A DNA stretch of 64,000 nucleotides. It comes from Bacilli bacterium (GTDB lineage Bacteria; Bacillota_I; Bacilli_A; RF39; UBA660). Below the pieces are notes generated by a model. The model had not been told where the DNA came from, made no database searches, and worked only from the letters and a program-made list of their open reading frames with translations. Position 1 is the stretch's first letter, and every line of letters begins with the position of its first letter. The stretch lies in assembly GCA_017460745.1 (NCBI GenBank), contig JAFUAL010000029.1:3063-67062 (forward strand). The letters run 5' to 3'. This document shows positions 47,703-55,946 of the stretch, one piece after another. Made by a program: the position numbers and the translations under genes.

Positions 47703-49163
47703 TTACATACTTATTTCAAAATCATCTGATTTATCTTTTTCAGGTTTTTCATACTTACGATTAACCCCATTTGCATAGTATTCCATATCATCATAATTAA
47801 TTTCATCATCTTTAGAAAAGTGAATACCTATCTTATGACCTAGAGCCCTGCAAATCTTATCACAAAAGTTAAACATTTTTTCTTTAAAGTTATTAAATGT
47901 TTCTTGTATTTCATTAACTTTAGTTTCTAACTTTTCAATAATAGAATTTTTTTCTTTTATTACTTGTTTTTGTTTAGATATTGTTAGTTCTTGTTCGTAA
48001 ATTTTAGTATCTCTTTCCTTAATAGCACGACCATCTTTTAATTTTGAATTTTCAGTTTGAAGATTATCTATCTTATCAGTTAGTTCTTCAATCAAAACAT
48101 TCTTTTGTTTTATTACACTTTTACTATTTGAATTTTGTTTTTGAATTTGTTTAGAATAATCAATCAAATTATTAATATCTTCATCTTTATATCCTACAAC
48201 TTTTCTTTTTACAGGATTTAAGATTTCTTTCTCATCTATTTCAGAAAGTTCTTTTGCAGTTTGAAGTTCTATCTCATTTAATTTTTTATTTTTTTCAAAT
48301 TCAATTTTCATTTCATTAATTTGTTCGTTTAAATCTTCAATTTCTTTTTCAGCTTTAGTTTTATGATGTTTATTATCTCCAATATTCCCACGAAATAACT
48401 TGTATCCTTTTTCAGTAATATATTTGTTATAGTCATCTTGAATTTTTGCATAAGATGTTTTACCACCTAATGCTTTCCAAAACTGATCACAATTCAAAAA
48501 TTTACCTTTTTCAGTTTTAAAAATGTTTTTACCATTTTCATCTTTCTTTTGCACAGGATACATTTTTTTATTTCCTTTTTTATCTATGCCTTCACGATAG
48601 ATTATATTTCCGTTTGAATCAGTTTCAAAAATTTTTCTTTTAACTTCATTTACGATTGGCATAAAATAAAAGTGCATGTGTGGAGTATCTTCATCATAAT
48701 GAACTTCTGCATAAATTATATTATCTTTTCCAACAAGTTTTTCTAAAAAGTTATAACTATCTTTAAAAAAATCTTTGACTTTTTCAGGAATATCATCATC
48801 ACTTTTTATATCAGGAACGAGAATAGGTTTACTTTTATCTTTTCCTACTTGATGAGTTCTATCACTTTCTTTAAATTTCATTCCCAAACTTTGAAAAAAT
48901 TCTTTTCCACTTGTAACGATAGCACCATTTAACAAATTTGTATTCTTGCCATCATTATAGTATATTTTATTTTCTTTTAATTTAGAATAAACTTGTTCTT
49001 GAAGTGTAGATGTTGATAAAGGAACAAAACTATAATTAAATTGTGTTCTATCTTTATCATAATTTCCTGTTCCTTTTCTATCTTTTAGTTCTACACCAAG
49101 TCCACCTAAATCACTTGCTTTATATTTATTTTCAAATCTCAATACTTGATTTCCATCATACAT
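47703..49163 (-). CDS. MobV (Pre/Mob) family relaxase
   Basis: Signature HYDEDTPHMHFYFMPIV (HxDE..PHxH). Long coiled-coil C-terminal half. AAAGGAGGA SD. Confidence 0.85.
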   Translation of the reverse strand: MYDGNQVLRFENKYKASDLGGLGVELKDRKGTGNYDKDRTQFNYSFVPLSTSTLQEQVYSKLKENKIYYNDGKNTNLLNGAIVTSGKEFFQSLGMKFKESDRTHQVGKDKSKPILVPDIKSDDDIPEKVKDFFKDSYNFLEKLVGKDNIIYAEVHYDEDTPHMHFYFMPIVNEVKRKIFETDSNGNIIYREGIDKKGNKKMYPVQKKDENGKNIFKTEKGKFLNCDQFWKALGGKTSYAKIQDDYNKYITEKGYKLFRGNIGDNKHHKTKAEKEIEDLNEQINEMKIEFEKNKKLNEIELQTAKELSEIDEKEILNPVKRKVVGYKDEDINNLIDYSKQIQKQNSNSKSVIKQKNVLIEELTDKIDNLQTENSKLKDGRAIKERDTKIYEQELTISKQKQVIKEKNSIIEKLETKVNEIQETFNNFKEKMFNFCDKICRALGHKIGIHFSKDDEINYDDMEYYANGVNRKYEKPEKDKSDDFEISM

Positions 49164-49496
49164 TTTATTCCTCCTTTGCTGTGCTTCTTTAGTATAAAGG
49201 TCATTTATTGACCTATCTCACTAGGGCATAGCCCACGTGAGATTAGGGAGTTCCCTAATAACCCCTTGCTTGTTTTTCGTAAATGCCTAAACTTGTCGTA
49301 AAGGCATAAACTTCAAACAAGATTAAATAATAACTATCCACTGGATACTTATTATTTAATAAAAATTACTAAAGCATAACTTTAGTAATTGTAAAAATAT
49401 TCACTATCGCCACTTTCATTTTTCTTGCGAAAAACAAAACGTGCCTCGTTCATTTTTACTAACTTTTTAGAAAAAAGTTATCAAAAAATTTAATGA
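49164..49496 (-). other. putative oriT / structured region upstream of the relaxase gene
   Basis: Locally GC-richer and packed with inverted repeats: TCTCAC..GTGAGA around GGGCATAGCCC, ATTAGGGAgtTCCCTAAT, ATGCCT..AGGCAT, TTAAATAATAA..TTATTATTTAA, ATTACTAAAG..CTTTAGTAAT. Confidence 0.45.
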
Positions 49497-50456
49497 TTAT
49501 TCATCATAATCATTAATCGGTTCTTCATATTTTGCATTATAAATTCTTTCAGCGCCTGTTCTTTTTGATTCAATATGAAGACCTTCTTTTTCTAAATTAT
49601 CTAAATTATTTCTTAATAATTTTCCAAATACTGATGGAACAATTTGTAAATTTAATTTGCTCGTAATATCAGATACTGTGAATGAAAATTCTTTTTGTTT
49701 GATAGCATAATTTAGAAAAATTAATAGGTTAGGATTTAAGTCATTACTATCAGTTTCTGACTTTTCAAAGATTAAATTTTCATTTCTTTTTAGAACAAAA
49801 TCTATGCTTTCATAATCTCTACTTTCATAAGAAAATAAGATTTTATTTTTAAGATTTTGATCTAATTTTAGAGTAATAATTCCATCAACAGAGCCATCTA
49901 TTGCAGTTGATCCGAGTGATTTATTATTCTTATTTAAATGATGAATTAGTAAAATGGTAAAATTATATTTCTTACACAATTCTCTAAATTTAGGAATAAC
50001 ATATTGTCCCATATCTTGATAATTATTTAAGTCATAACCATTATTCATATCAATTCCACTAAACATATCTATAATTACAAATCTTCCATTAAGGTCATTT
50101 GCAAACTCTTGAAACTCTAATTGTAAGTCCATTAAATTTAATTTTCTTTCATTAATTTCCTGTTCTTTTAATCTAAAATTATCATCAGTAAATTCTAAAT
50201 TCATTTTATCAATTCTATCTAAAATTTGTGAAAAATTCATTTCTGTGCTAATATATAAGACAGGAGATGGACTTGTTCTAAATCCTAAAAAGTTTGTTCC
50301 TGTTGCTACTCTATTAGCAAGTTGTAGTGCGAGTAACGACTTGCCAACTTTTGGTCTAGCAACAAGACAATATAATCCATTAGATTTCATTAGATTATCA
50401 ACTATGAAATCTTTTTTTATAGAATTTTTTCTCATTTCACTTATTGTTTTCATCAA
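49497..50456 (-). CDS. RepA-like AAA_25 / RecA-fold ATPase (replication/helicase-type protein of mobile elements)
   Basis: Walker A ..LVARPKVGKSLLALQLA.., Walker B-like VIIDMF and ..ILLIHHLNK.. motifs. Confidence 0.65.
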   Translation of the reverse strand: MMKTISEMRKNSIKKDFIVDNLMKSNGLYCLVARPKVGKSLLALQLANRVATGTNFLGFRTSPSPVLYISTEMNFSQILDRIDKMNLEFTDDNFRLKEQEINERKLNLMDLQLEFQEFANDLNGRFVIIDMFSGIDMNNGYDLNNYQDMGQYVIPKFRELCKKYNFTILLIHHLNKNNKSLGSTAIDGSVDGIITLKLDQNLKNKILFSYESRDYESIDFVLKRNENLIFEKSETDSNDLNPNLLIFLNYAIKQKEFSFTVSDITSKLNLQIVPSVFGKLLRNNLDNLEKEGLHIESKRTGAERIYNAKYEEPINDYDE

Positions 50457-50685
50457 GATTCTCCTTTCTAGCTGTCAAACTTTTTAAATAATCTACATCA
50501 ATTTTTAAATATTCAACAACAACATTCATAGGTAAATCTCTTGTATGAATTTCATAGTTTAATTCTTCTTTAATCTTATTTCTAATCTTTAAAACTGAAC
50601 TTCTACTTAATCCCGTTAGTTTCATTAAATCATTAATATCACACCAAGTTTTAGATATTAGATTTAGTGTTTCTTCAGCATTCAT
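50437..50685 (-). CDS. small HTH DNA-binding protein (excisionase/regulator candidate)
   Basis: 82 aa. ..INDLMKLTGLSRSSVLKIRNKI.. helix-turn-helix. First gene of the leftward backbone operon. Confidence 0.5.
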   Translation of the reverse strand: MNAEETLNLISKTWCDINDLMKLTGLSRSSVLKIRNKIKEELNYEIHTRDLPMNVVVEYLKIDVDYLKSLTARKENLDENNK

Positions 50686-50898
50686 TTAATCTACCTCTCT
50701 TTCTTTTGTTTTTGATGGTTTTAGTGTTCCCAACAACTCCCTTTAAGGATGTATATATAGTTATTAGCCATATATGTAACGAGAATTTTAGATAATTCAC
50801 AACTCCGTGCCAATAGGATACTTGCCTTGCATTTGTTTAACGAGTCGGCATATATCGGCGATTTCCAACTCTATTTAATTTTCAAATAACTATATTTA

Positions 50899-51010
50899 GG
50901 TTGCAAAATAGATTAAATCGCAACCATTGAGTTGAGTATAGCATATAGAAAAATACTTGTCAACTATAAAGTTGCAAAAATATGCAATTTTAATCAAAAA
51001 AGTTGCAAAA
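50899..51010. promoter_or_regulatory. divergent control region with repeated GTTGC/GCAAC half-sites
   Basis: GTTGCAAAA occurs at 50900-50908, 50971-50979 and 51002-51010. Inverted partners: GGTTGC..GCAACC (15-nt spacing), TTGTCAAC..GTTGCAAA, GCAAC..GTTGA. The last repeat overlaps TTGCAA-17-TATATT, the predicted promoter of the Xre gene. Confidence 0.5.
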
Positions 51011-51056
51011 GTATTAAAAATGTGTTATATTTATATTGCGAAAGGAGTTTATTCGT

Positions 51057-51569
51057 ATGATTAATAATGAAGAAACTGTTGGGCAAATGATTGCTAGAGC
51101 AAGAGAAGAAAAAGGATTATCTAAAAGAGAATTATCAAGACTTGCTAAAATAAGTGATACAGAACTTGCTCGTATTGAATCAGGAGAAAGAGAAATACCC
51201 AACCCAAAAACTTTAAGAAAAATAAGTCAGCATATTGGAATTAATTATAATGATTTAATGTATGCTGCTGGACTTGGTTTTCAAGTCACACCTTTAAATC
51301 CATTTTTAATTAACTATTATTCAGGACTAAAAGGAGATCAAATTGTTGATGCTATACTTAATACTTCATCAGTAATTAAGAACTGGGAAGAAATGATAGA
51401 ACAATTTAAAAAGGATTTAGAAACAAAAGAATATAATGAGGCACAAATAGAACAAATAGAACAAACTATTGAAGATACTGAATATCAAATAAGAACTGCT
51501 AAAGAAATAGTTAATGTTTTAAATAGTGCTAGAAGAAAGGAGAATATAGAAAATGCAAAGAACAACTAA
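51057..51569 (+). CDS. Xre-family HTH repressor with coiled-coil C-terminal domain
   Basis: AAAGGAG SD before the ATG at 51057. ..VGQMIARAREEKGLSKRELSRLAKISDTELARIESGER.. HTH_3-type motif. Confidence 0.8.
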   Translation: MINNEETVGQMIARAREEKGLSKRELSRLAKISDTELARIESGEREIPNPKTLRKISQHIGINYNDLMYAAGLGFQVTPLNPFLINYYSGLKGDQIVDAILNTSSVIKNWEEMIEQFKKDLETKEYNEAQIEQIEQTIEDTEYQIRTAKEIVNVLNSARRKENIENAKNN

Positions 51570-52002
51570 AAAGAAATTTGATATTATTAAAATTATAATT
51601 AATATAATATTACTTGTTTTAATGATTTTAAGCATAACCAAAAAAGATAATATTTATTATGCTTGGTATTGGATTATGGTAACAATTATGCTAATATCTG
51701 AAGTCTATTATTTGTTAAAATGGAACAAAGTTGGAGAATGGAATGTTGATAAAAAAGATTCTAAAGCAATTAGATATTCCTTTGATGGTTTAACTACAGG
51801 CACTTTATTGATGATAGGTTTTATATATTTAGGAGTTTTAGGTTATGAATTTTTAGATAAAAGTATTAAGACAAATACTTATGTAATAGTTGGAGTTTAT
51901 GCTTTATTTACATTATCAATAATATTTGATTATTTAGCACTTTATAGTGCAAATAAAGATACTAAAGAACTAGCTGAAAAGACTTTTAAATATAAAAAAT
52001 AA
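51553..52002 (+). CDS. 4-TM membrane protein
   Basis: 149-aa ORF overlapping the Xre gene by 17 nt. Confidence 0.55.
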   Translation: MQRTTKKKFDIIKIIINIILLVLMILSITKKDNIYYAWYWIMVTIMLISEVYYLLKWNKVGEWNVDKKDSKAIRYSFDGLTTGTLLMIGFIYLGVLGYEFLDKSIKTNTYVIVGVYALFTLSIIFDYLALYSANKDTKELAEKTFKYKK

Positions 52003-52063
52003 TGACAGCAATGACAGGAAAAATCAGGTGATACCCACCTAAAATTTGCCGTCATGCCGTCAT
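52002..52063. repeat. iteron-like compound palindrome
   Basis: ATGACAG x2 (52002-52008 and 52011-52017) face GCCGTCAT x2 in perfect tandem (52048-52055 and 52056-52063). They surround an inner AGGTG/CACCT hairpin. No T-run follows. Confidence 0.5.
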
Positions 52064-52136
52064 CTGACATAATAAAAAGTAATATAATTTTATGATTTAT
52101 TAGATAAATAGTAATTTGTTAAGGAGTTGAAGTAAA

Positions 52137-52613
52137 ATGTCTAATGAAAATAAAAAAGATTTTAATACTATGATGAAAAACAATAAAGATATGCCTAAAA
52201 CACAAATTGTTAAAGATGAAATGACTATAAAAAAATATGGTGGAACTAAAATGTTTTTTGCACCACCACTTTATTATGATGAACTAATGAAAAAAGTTCC
52301 AAAAGGAAAACTTGTAACAGTTAGTCAAATGAGAGATTATTTAGCAAAGAAAAATAATGCTGATTTTACTGATCCTATGACAGCAGGTATATTTGTTAAT
52401 ATTGTTGCTTGGGCTAGTTATCAAAGAGATAAAGATATTACACCATATTGGAGAACATTAAAATCAGATGGTGAATTAAATGTTAAGTATCCAGAAGCAA
52501 TAGAGTTACAAAAGAGATTGCTTGAAGAAGAAGGACACACTATTATTACTAAAGGAACAAAAAATATAAAATATTATGTTAAAGATTTTGAAAATAGTTT
52601 AATAGAATTATAA
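52137..52613 (+). CDS. MGMT/ATL-like DNA-binding-domain protein (no active-site PCHR motif seen)
   Basis: ..VPKGKLVTVSQMRDYLA..DPMTAGIFVNIVAW..ITPYWRTLKSDGEL.. resembles the winged-helix DNA-binding domain of methylguanine methyltransferase-like proteins. Confidence 0.4.
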   Translation: MSNENKKDFNTMMKNNKDMPKTQIVKDEMTIKKYGGTKMFFAPPLYYDELMKKVPKGKLVTVSQMRDYLAKKNNADFTDPMTAGIFVNIVAWASYQRDKDITPYWRTLKSDGELNVKYPEAIELQKRLLEEEGHTIITKGTKNIKYYVKDFENSLIEL

Positions 52614-52660
52614 TTCAAATTACAATTTATAGATTAGTTCACAAGATTAATATATAGAGA

Positions 52661-52681
52661 ACGGATGAAAATCCGTTTTTG
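52661..52681 (+). terminator. intrinsic terminator
   Basis: ACGGAT-gaaa-ATCCGT followed by TTTTT. Confidence 0.75.
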
Positions 52682-52825
52682 TGTTTATGTGTAGATTAAC
52701 AGAATTTAGTGGTAAAATATTATTAGAAATGTGTATTGCTACGATAAGTAGCATAAATGTAATGTAATGTTGCTGTTATTAAATGAATCATCCTAGTAAA
52801 ATTAGAGTTAGAAAGAAGGGATATT

Positions 52826-53401
52826 ATGACATTAGGTCAAAAATTAAAAGAGATAAGAAAAAGATTTGGTTTATCTCAAGAAAGTCTTGCTGAAATAATG
52901 AATGTTTCAAGACAAGCAATAACTAAATGGGAATCAGATGGAGGAATACCTGATATAACTAACTTGCAAGAATTATCGAAGGTATTTGGTGTATCAATTG
53001 ATTATTTTGTTAATCAAAATTTGGAATTACCGATACTTACTATGAGAAAAGAAATAAATAAAGAAGATTATTCTAGTAAGCTAAAGTCTTATGATGAAGT
53101 TATAGGTCAATATTTTTCAGAATCATGGAAAGTATATAGTCTAACTAAGTCAGAGAAAGAGAATAAACTAGAAGTAGCACTAGATATATTAACAGGTGGA
53201 CTAACCTATGGAACGATAAAAGATTTAAGTGATTTGTCTGTATATGCTTTAGCTGTAAAAGATAATATCAAATTGCTTGTGAATATTAAGAATTGGATTC
53301 TAACTATAAAAGAATTACCAAGTGATATAGATGAAAATAAATTTACAGTAGATAACAAAGTGTTCAGAAAATGTGCTTTAATTAAATTAAAGAGTAAATA
53401 A
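52826..53401 (+). CDS. Xre-family HTH protein with an uncharacterised C-terminal domain
   Basis: MTLGQKLKEIRKRFGLSQESLAEIMNVSRQAITKWESDGGIPD HTH_3 motif. Confidence 0.75.
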   Translation: MTLGQKLKEIRKRFGLSQESLAEIMNVSRQAITKWESDGGIPDITNLQELSKVFGVSIDYFVNQNLELPILTMRKEINKEDYSSKLKSYDEVIGQYFSESWKVYSLTKSEKENKLEVALDILTGGLTYGTIKDLSDLSVYALAVKDNIKLLVNIKNWILTIKELPSDIDENKFTVDNKVFRKCALIKLKSK

Positions 53402-53413
53402 TTAAACGATAAA

Positions 53414-53447
53414 AGTTACCCCACATTTTGTTAGGGTACTTTTTTTA
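53414..53447 (+). terminator. intrinsic terminator
   Basis: TACCC / GGGTA stem with a 12-nt loop followed by T7. Confidence 0.6.
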
Positions 53448-53485
53448 TTATTTGTATTATAATTACTGCTGAAAGGAGCTAGATT

Positions 53486-54085
53486 ATGGATCAAGAGCGT
53501 ATTGGTAAATTTATTCAAAAACTTCGTAAAGAAAAAAACTTAACTCAAAAAGAATTAGCCGATAAATTGTTAGTAACTGAAAATGCAATAGGTAATTGGG
53601 AAAATGGTAGAAGGATGCCAGACTATTCAATATTAAAGGAGCTATGCGAAATATTAGGCACAAATGTAAATGAGTTATTAAGTGGTGAAAGAATTCAAAA
53701 CTATAAAGAAAAGGCAGAAGAAAATTTAATAAAATCAAGAGAGCAAGAAGAGGCATATAACAAAAGACTTCTAGCTTTAGATAATATTATTAAGATTATT
53801 ACATCTATTTCTTATTTAGCACTTTTATATGCAAATATTATATCTGAAAATAATATTAATAAGTATTTGTTTATGATTCTTTCAATTGTCATTATATTTA
53901 TAGGTCTTACAGCAGTTATACGAATTGAAACAGATGCTGGATATTATGAGTGTAGTAGTTGTAAACATAGATACATACCAAGTTTTAAAGCAGTTTATTT
54001 GTCCTTAAATAAGGGAAAAACAAGATATTTAAAATGCCCAAAGTGTAATAATAAAAGTTGGAATAAGAAAGTATTATATAAATAA
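53486..54085 (+). CDS. membrane-tethered Xre-family regulator with C-terminal CxxC..CxxC zinc ribbon (paralog 1)
   Basis: HTH_3 N-domain, coiled coil, two TM helices, then YYECSSCKHRY..LKCPKCNNKSW. Confidence 0.75.
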   Translation: MDQERIGKFIQKLRKEKNLTQKELADKLLVTENAIGNWENGRRMPDYSILKELCEILGTNVNELLSGERIQNYKEKAEENLIKSREQEEAYNKRLLALDNIIKIITSISYLALLYANIISENNINKYLFMILSIVIIFIGLTAVIRIETDAGYYECSSCKHRYIPSFKAVYLSLNKGKTRYLKCPKCNNKSWNKKVLYK

Positions 54086-54119
54086 TATAAAATTAAATTT
54101 TTAAGGGTGGTGAAATATT

Positions 54120-54203
54120 ATGAATTCAGAAAAGAAAGAAAAAATAGGATGGATTATTGTATTAATAGGTATTGTAGTGGCAGTAGTTAGTACAATCTGG
54201 TAA
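54120..54203 (+). CDS. 27-aa single-TM mini-protein
   Basis: GGGTGGTGA SD-like sequence before the ATG at 54120. MNSEKKEKIGWIIVLIGIVVAVVSTIW. Confidence 0.35.
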   Translation: MNSEKKEKIGWIIVLIGIVVAVVSTIW

Positions 54204-54485
54204 GAATTTAATCCATTAATTGAAAATGTATCCAATATAGTGAAATATATTAAACGAAATAGCAAGTCTTGATTAAGAGATTTGTTTTTTTAGTATAATT
54301 ATAATAAAAAAATAGTAATTTGTTGAATATCAAGATGCTCGTAAAATAGTAATATTCAGAACAACTCAATGAAAAAATATGCTATTTTTATGGTAAAATA
54401 TAGGGATAAAGTAAAACTCAACTTCTGGTTCGTGTTAATACTTAATGATTTAGAGTATATTTGAGTCATGAAAGGAGAAAACTAT

Positions 54486-55094
54486 ATGGATCAAATTAAA
54501 ATAGGAAAATTTATTCAAGAAAAAAGAAAAGAACAAAAACTTACTCAAAGTGATTTAGCAGAAAGATTAAATATAACAGATAGAGCTATATCAAAATGGG
54601 AAAATGGTAATTGCTTACCAGATGCTGGAACGATGCCAGAGCTTTGCAAGATATTAAATGTTTCTATCAATGATCTATTTAGTGGTGAAATAGTAGATAT
54701 GAAAGATAACGAAAAGAAATTAGAAGAAAATTTACTTGAGATAGCAAAACTAAAAGAAGAAAAGGATAGGCAATTGTTAGCACTTGAATATGTAATTGGA
54801 TTTACTGCAAGTATAACATTTCTAATATTAATATTTGTAGCATCATATGTAGAAATGGAAACTTGGTTAAGAATATTACTTATAGTTGCAGGAAGCATAA
54901 TATTTGCATTTGGTGTAGGTAATGCTATAAAGATTGAACAAACTGCAGGATACTATGAATGTTCAGAGTGTAATCATAAATATGTTCCAACATATCAAAG
55001 TGTATTTTGGGCACAACATATGGGAAGAACAAGAAAAATGAAATGCCCTAAATGTGGCAAAAAATCTTGGCATAAGAAAGTTTTGACAAAATAA
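54486..55094 (+). CDS. membrane-tethered Xre-family regulator with C-terminal zinc ribbon (paralog 2)
   Basis: AAAGGAG SD before the ATG at 54486. Same domain order as 53486-54085. Identical blocks: GKFIQ, LTQ, WENG, AGYYECS.C.H.Y.P, KCPKC..KSW.KKVL.K. Confidence 0.75.
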   Translation: MDQIKIGKFIQEKRKEQKLTQSDLAERLNITDRAISKWENGNCLPDAGTMPELCKILNVSINDLFSGEIVDMKDNEKKLEENLLEIAKLKEEKDRQLLALEYVIGFTASITFLILIFVASYVEMETWLRILLIVAGSIIFAFGVGNAIKIEQTAGYYECSECNHKYVPTYQSVFWAQHMGRTRKMKCPKCGKKSWHKKVLTK

Positions 55095-55110
55095 AGGAGG
55101 AAAAAATAAT

Positions 55111-55329
55111 ATGAAAGAATGTATAAGATGTAATTCAGTAATGGTTGAGAATTTACAAATTGGAAGTAATGGAACAAAAATTGTTAAGGATAATATATTA
55201 AAAAATCCAATTGGAGAAATAAAATGTGCTGTATGTCCAGAATGTGGATATGCTGAAACATATGTTGAAAATTTAGAAATAATAAAAGAGTTAGTCAGTA
55301 AAGAAAATAAGTTAATTAAAAGAAAATAA
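55111..55329 (+). CDS. 72-aa zinc-ribbon protein
   Basis: CIRC..(41 aa)..CAVCPEC. AAGGAGG SD. Starts 16 nt after paralog 2. Confidence 0.55.
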   Translation: MKECIRCNSVMVENLQIGSNGTKIVKDNILKNPIGEIKCAVCPECGYAETYVENLEIIKELVSKENKLIKRK

Positions 55330-55372
55330 AAGAGGTCGTAATATTTTGGTATTCCGAACTACATAAAAAAAT

Positions 55373-55409
55373 AACCCTAATAGTCAATTTAGACTACTAG
55401 GGTTTTCGT
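55373..55409. terminator. bidirectional intrinsic terminator
   Basis: AACCCTAATAGTC / GACTACTAGGGTT stem with an A-run before and a T-rich run after. It lies between convergent genes. Confidence 0.65.
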
Positions 55410-55805
55410 TTACTTATTCATTAATGAATAACAATAATCATATACATATAAGTGATTATTAATCTCTCTATTTATGACTTTGTCTTTAAAATCAGTTTCA
55501 TAAATATTAAATAACATTTCAATAGTAAATTTTTTCTTTTCAATATCAGTAAGTTCTAAATACTTGGCTGAAAGAAATAATAAATGCTTATATTTAGCAA
55601 AATTAACAATAGTTTTGCTATAACTTGGATCTAATTTATTTAATATTTCTTTTAATAGTATAATTATATCTTTTACATTAAAATTAATATCAAAGTTCTT
55701 ATTTTCTAGTAAGTATATAGCAAGTCTTATTTTATCAATATTCTTTAAATCATCAAACATACTAATTAATTCAATTACTTTCTTTGTATGACTATCTAAT
55801 AACAT
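55410..55805 (-). CDS. hypothetical protein (last gene inside the element)
   Basis: 131-aa ORF with a TGAGGT SD. No motif recognised. Confidence 0.5.
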   Translation of the reverse strand: MLLDSHTKKVIELISMFDDLKNIDKIRLAIYLLENKNFDINFNVKDIIILLKEILNKLDPSYSKTIVNFAKYKHLLFLSAKYLELTDIEKKKFTIEMLFNIYETDFKDKVINREINNHLYVYDYCYSLMNK

Positions 55806-55946
55806 AATTTACCTCAATCTTTCTTTTATTTTAGTTATAAGTTTACTACTTAATTATTGCCTAGTGTCTATACCGTATCCGACCACAGGTATGAATACAG
55901 TGAAGACATTAATTTATATTTGTGTCTTCATAGCATACAGACAACC

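Larger units (their letters stand above)
44667..55946. mobile_element. integrative mobilizable element (~11.28 kb) inserted in the ABC ATPase gene
   Basis: Host reading frame resumes exactly across the two junctions, each flanked by CT (44665-44666 and 55947-55948). Imperfect terminal inverted repeats contain ATGAAGACAC. The element carries a serine recombinase, a MobV relaxase, a RepA-like ATPase and an Xre switch. Confidence 0.85.

Noticed and set aside
50245-51202. ORFs 50245-50487 (+) and 51014-51202 (-)
   Set aside because: They are antisense to the RepA-like gene and the Xre gene, with no SD.
53511-55177. Minus-strand ORFs 53511-53756, 54545-54898 and 54995-55177
   Set aside because: They are antisense to the two Xre/zinc-ribbon paralogs. 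The plus-strand frames of those paralogs are mutually conserved.
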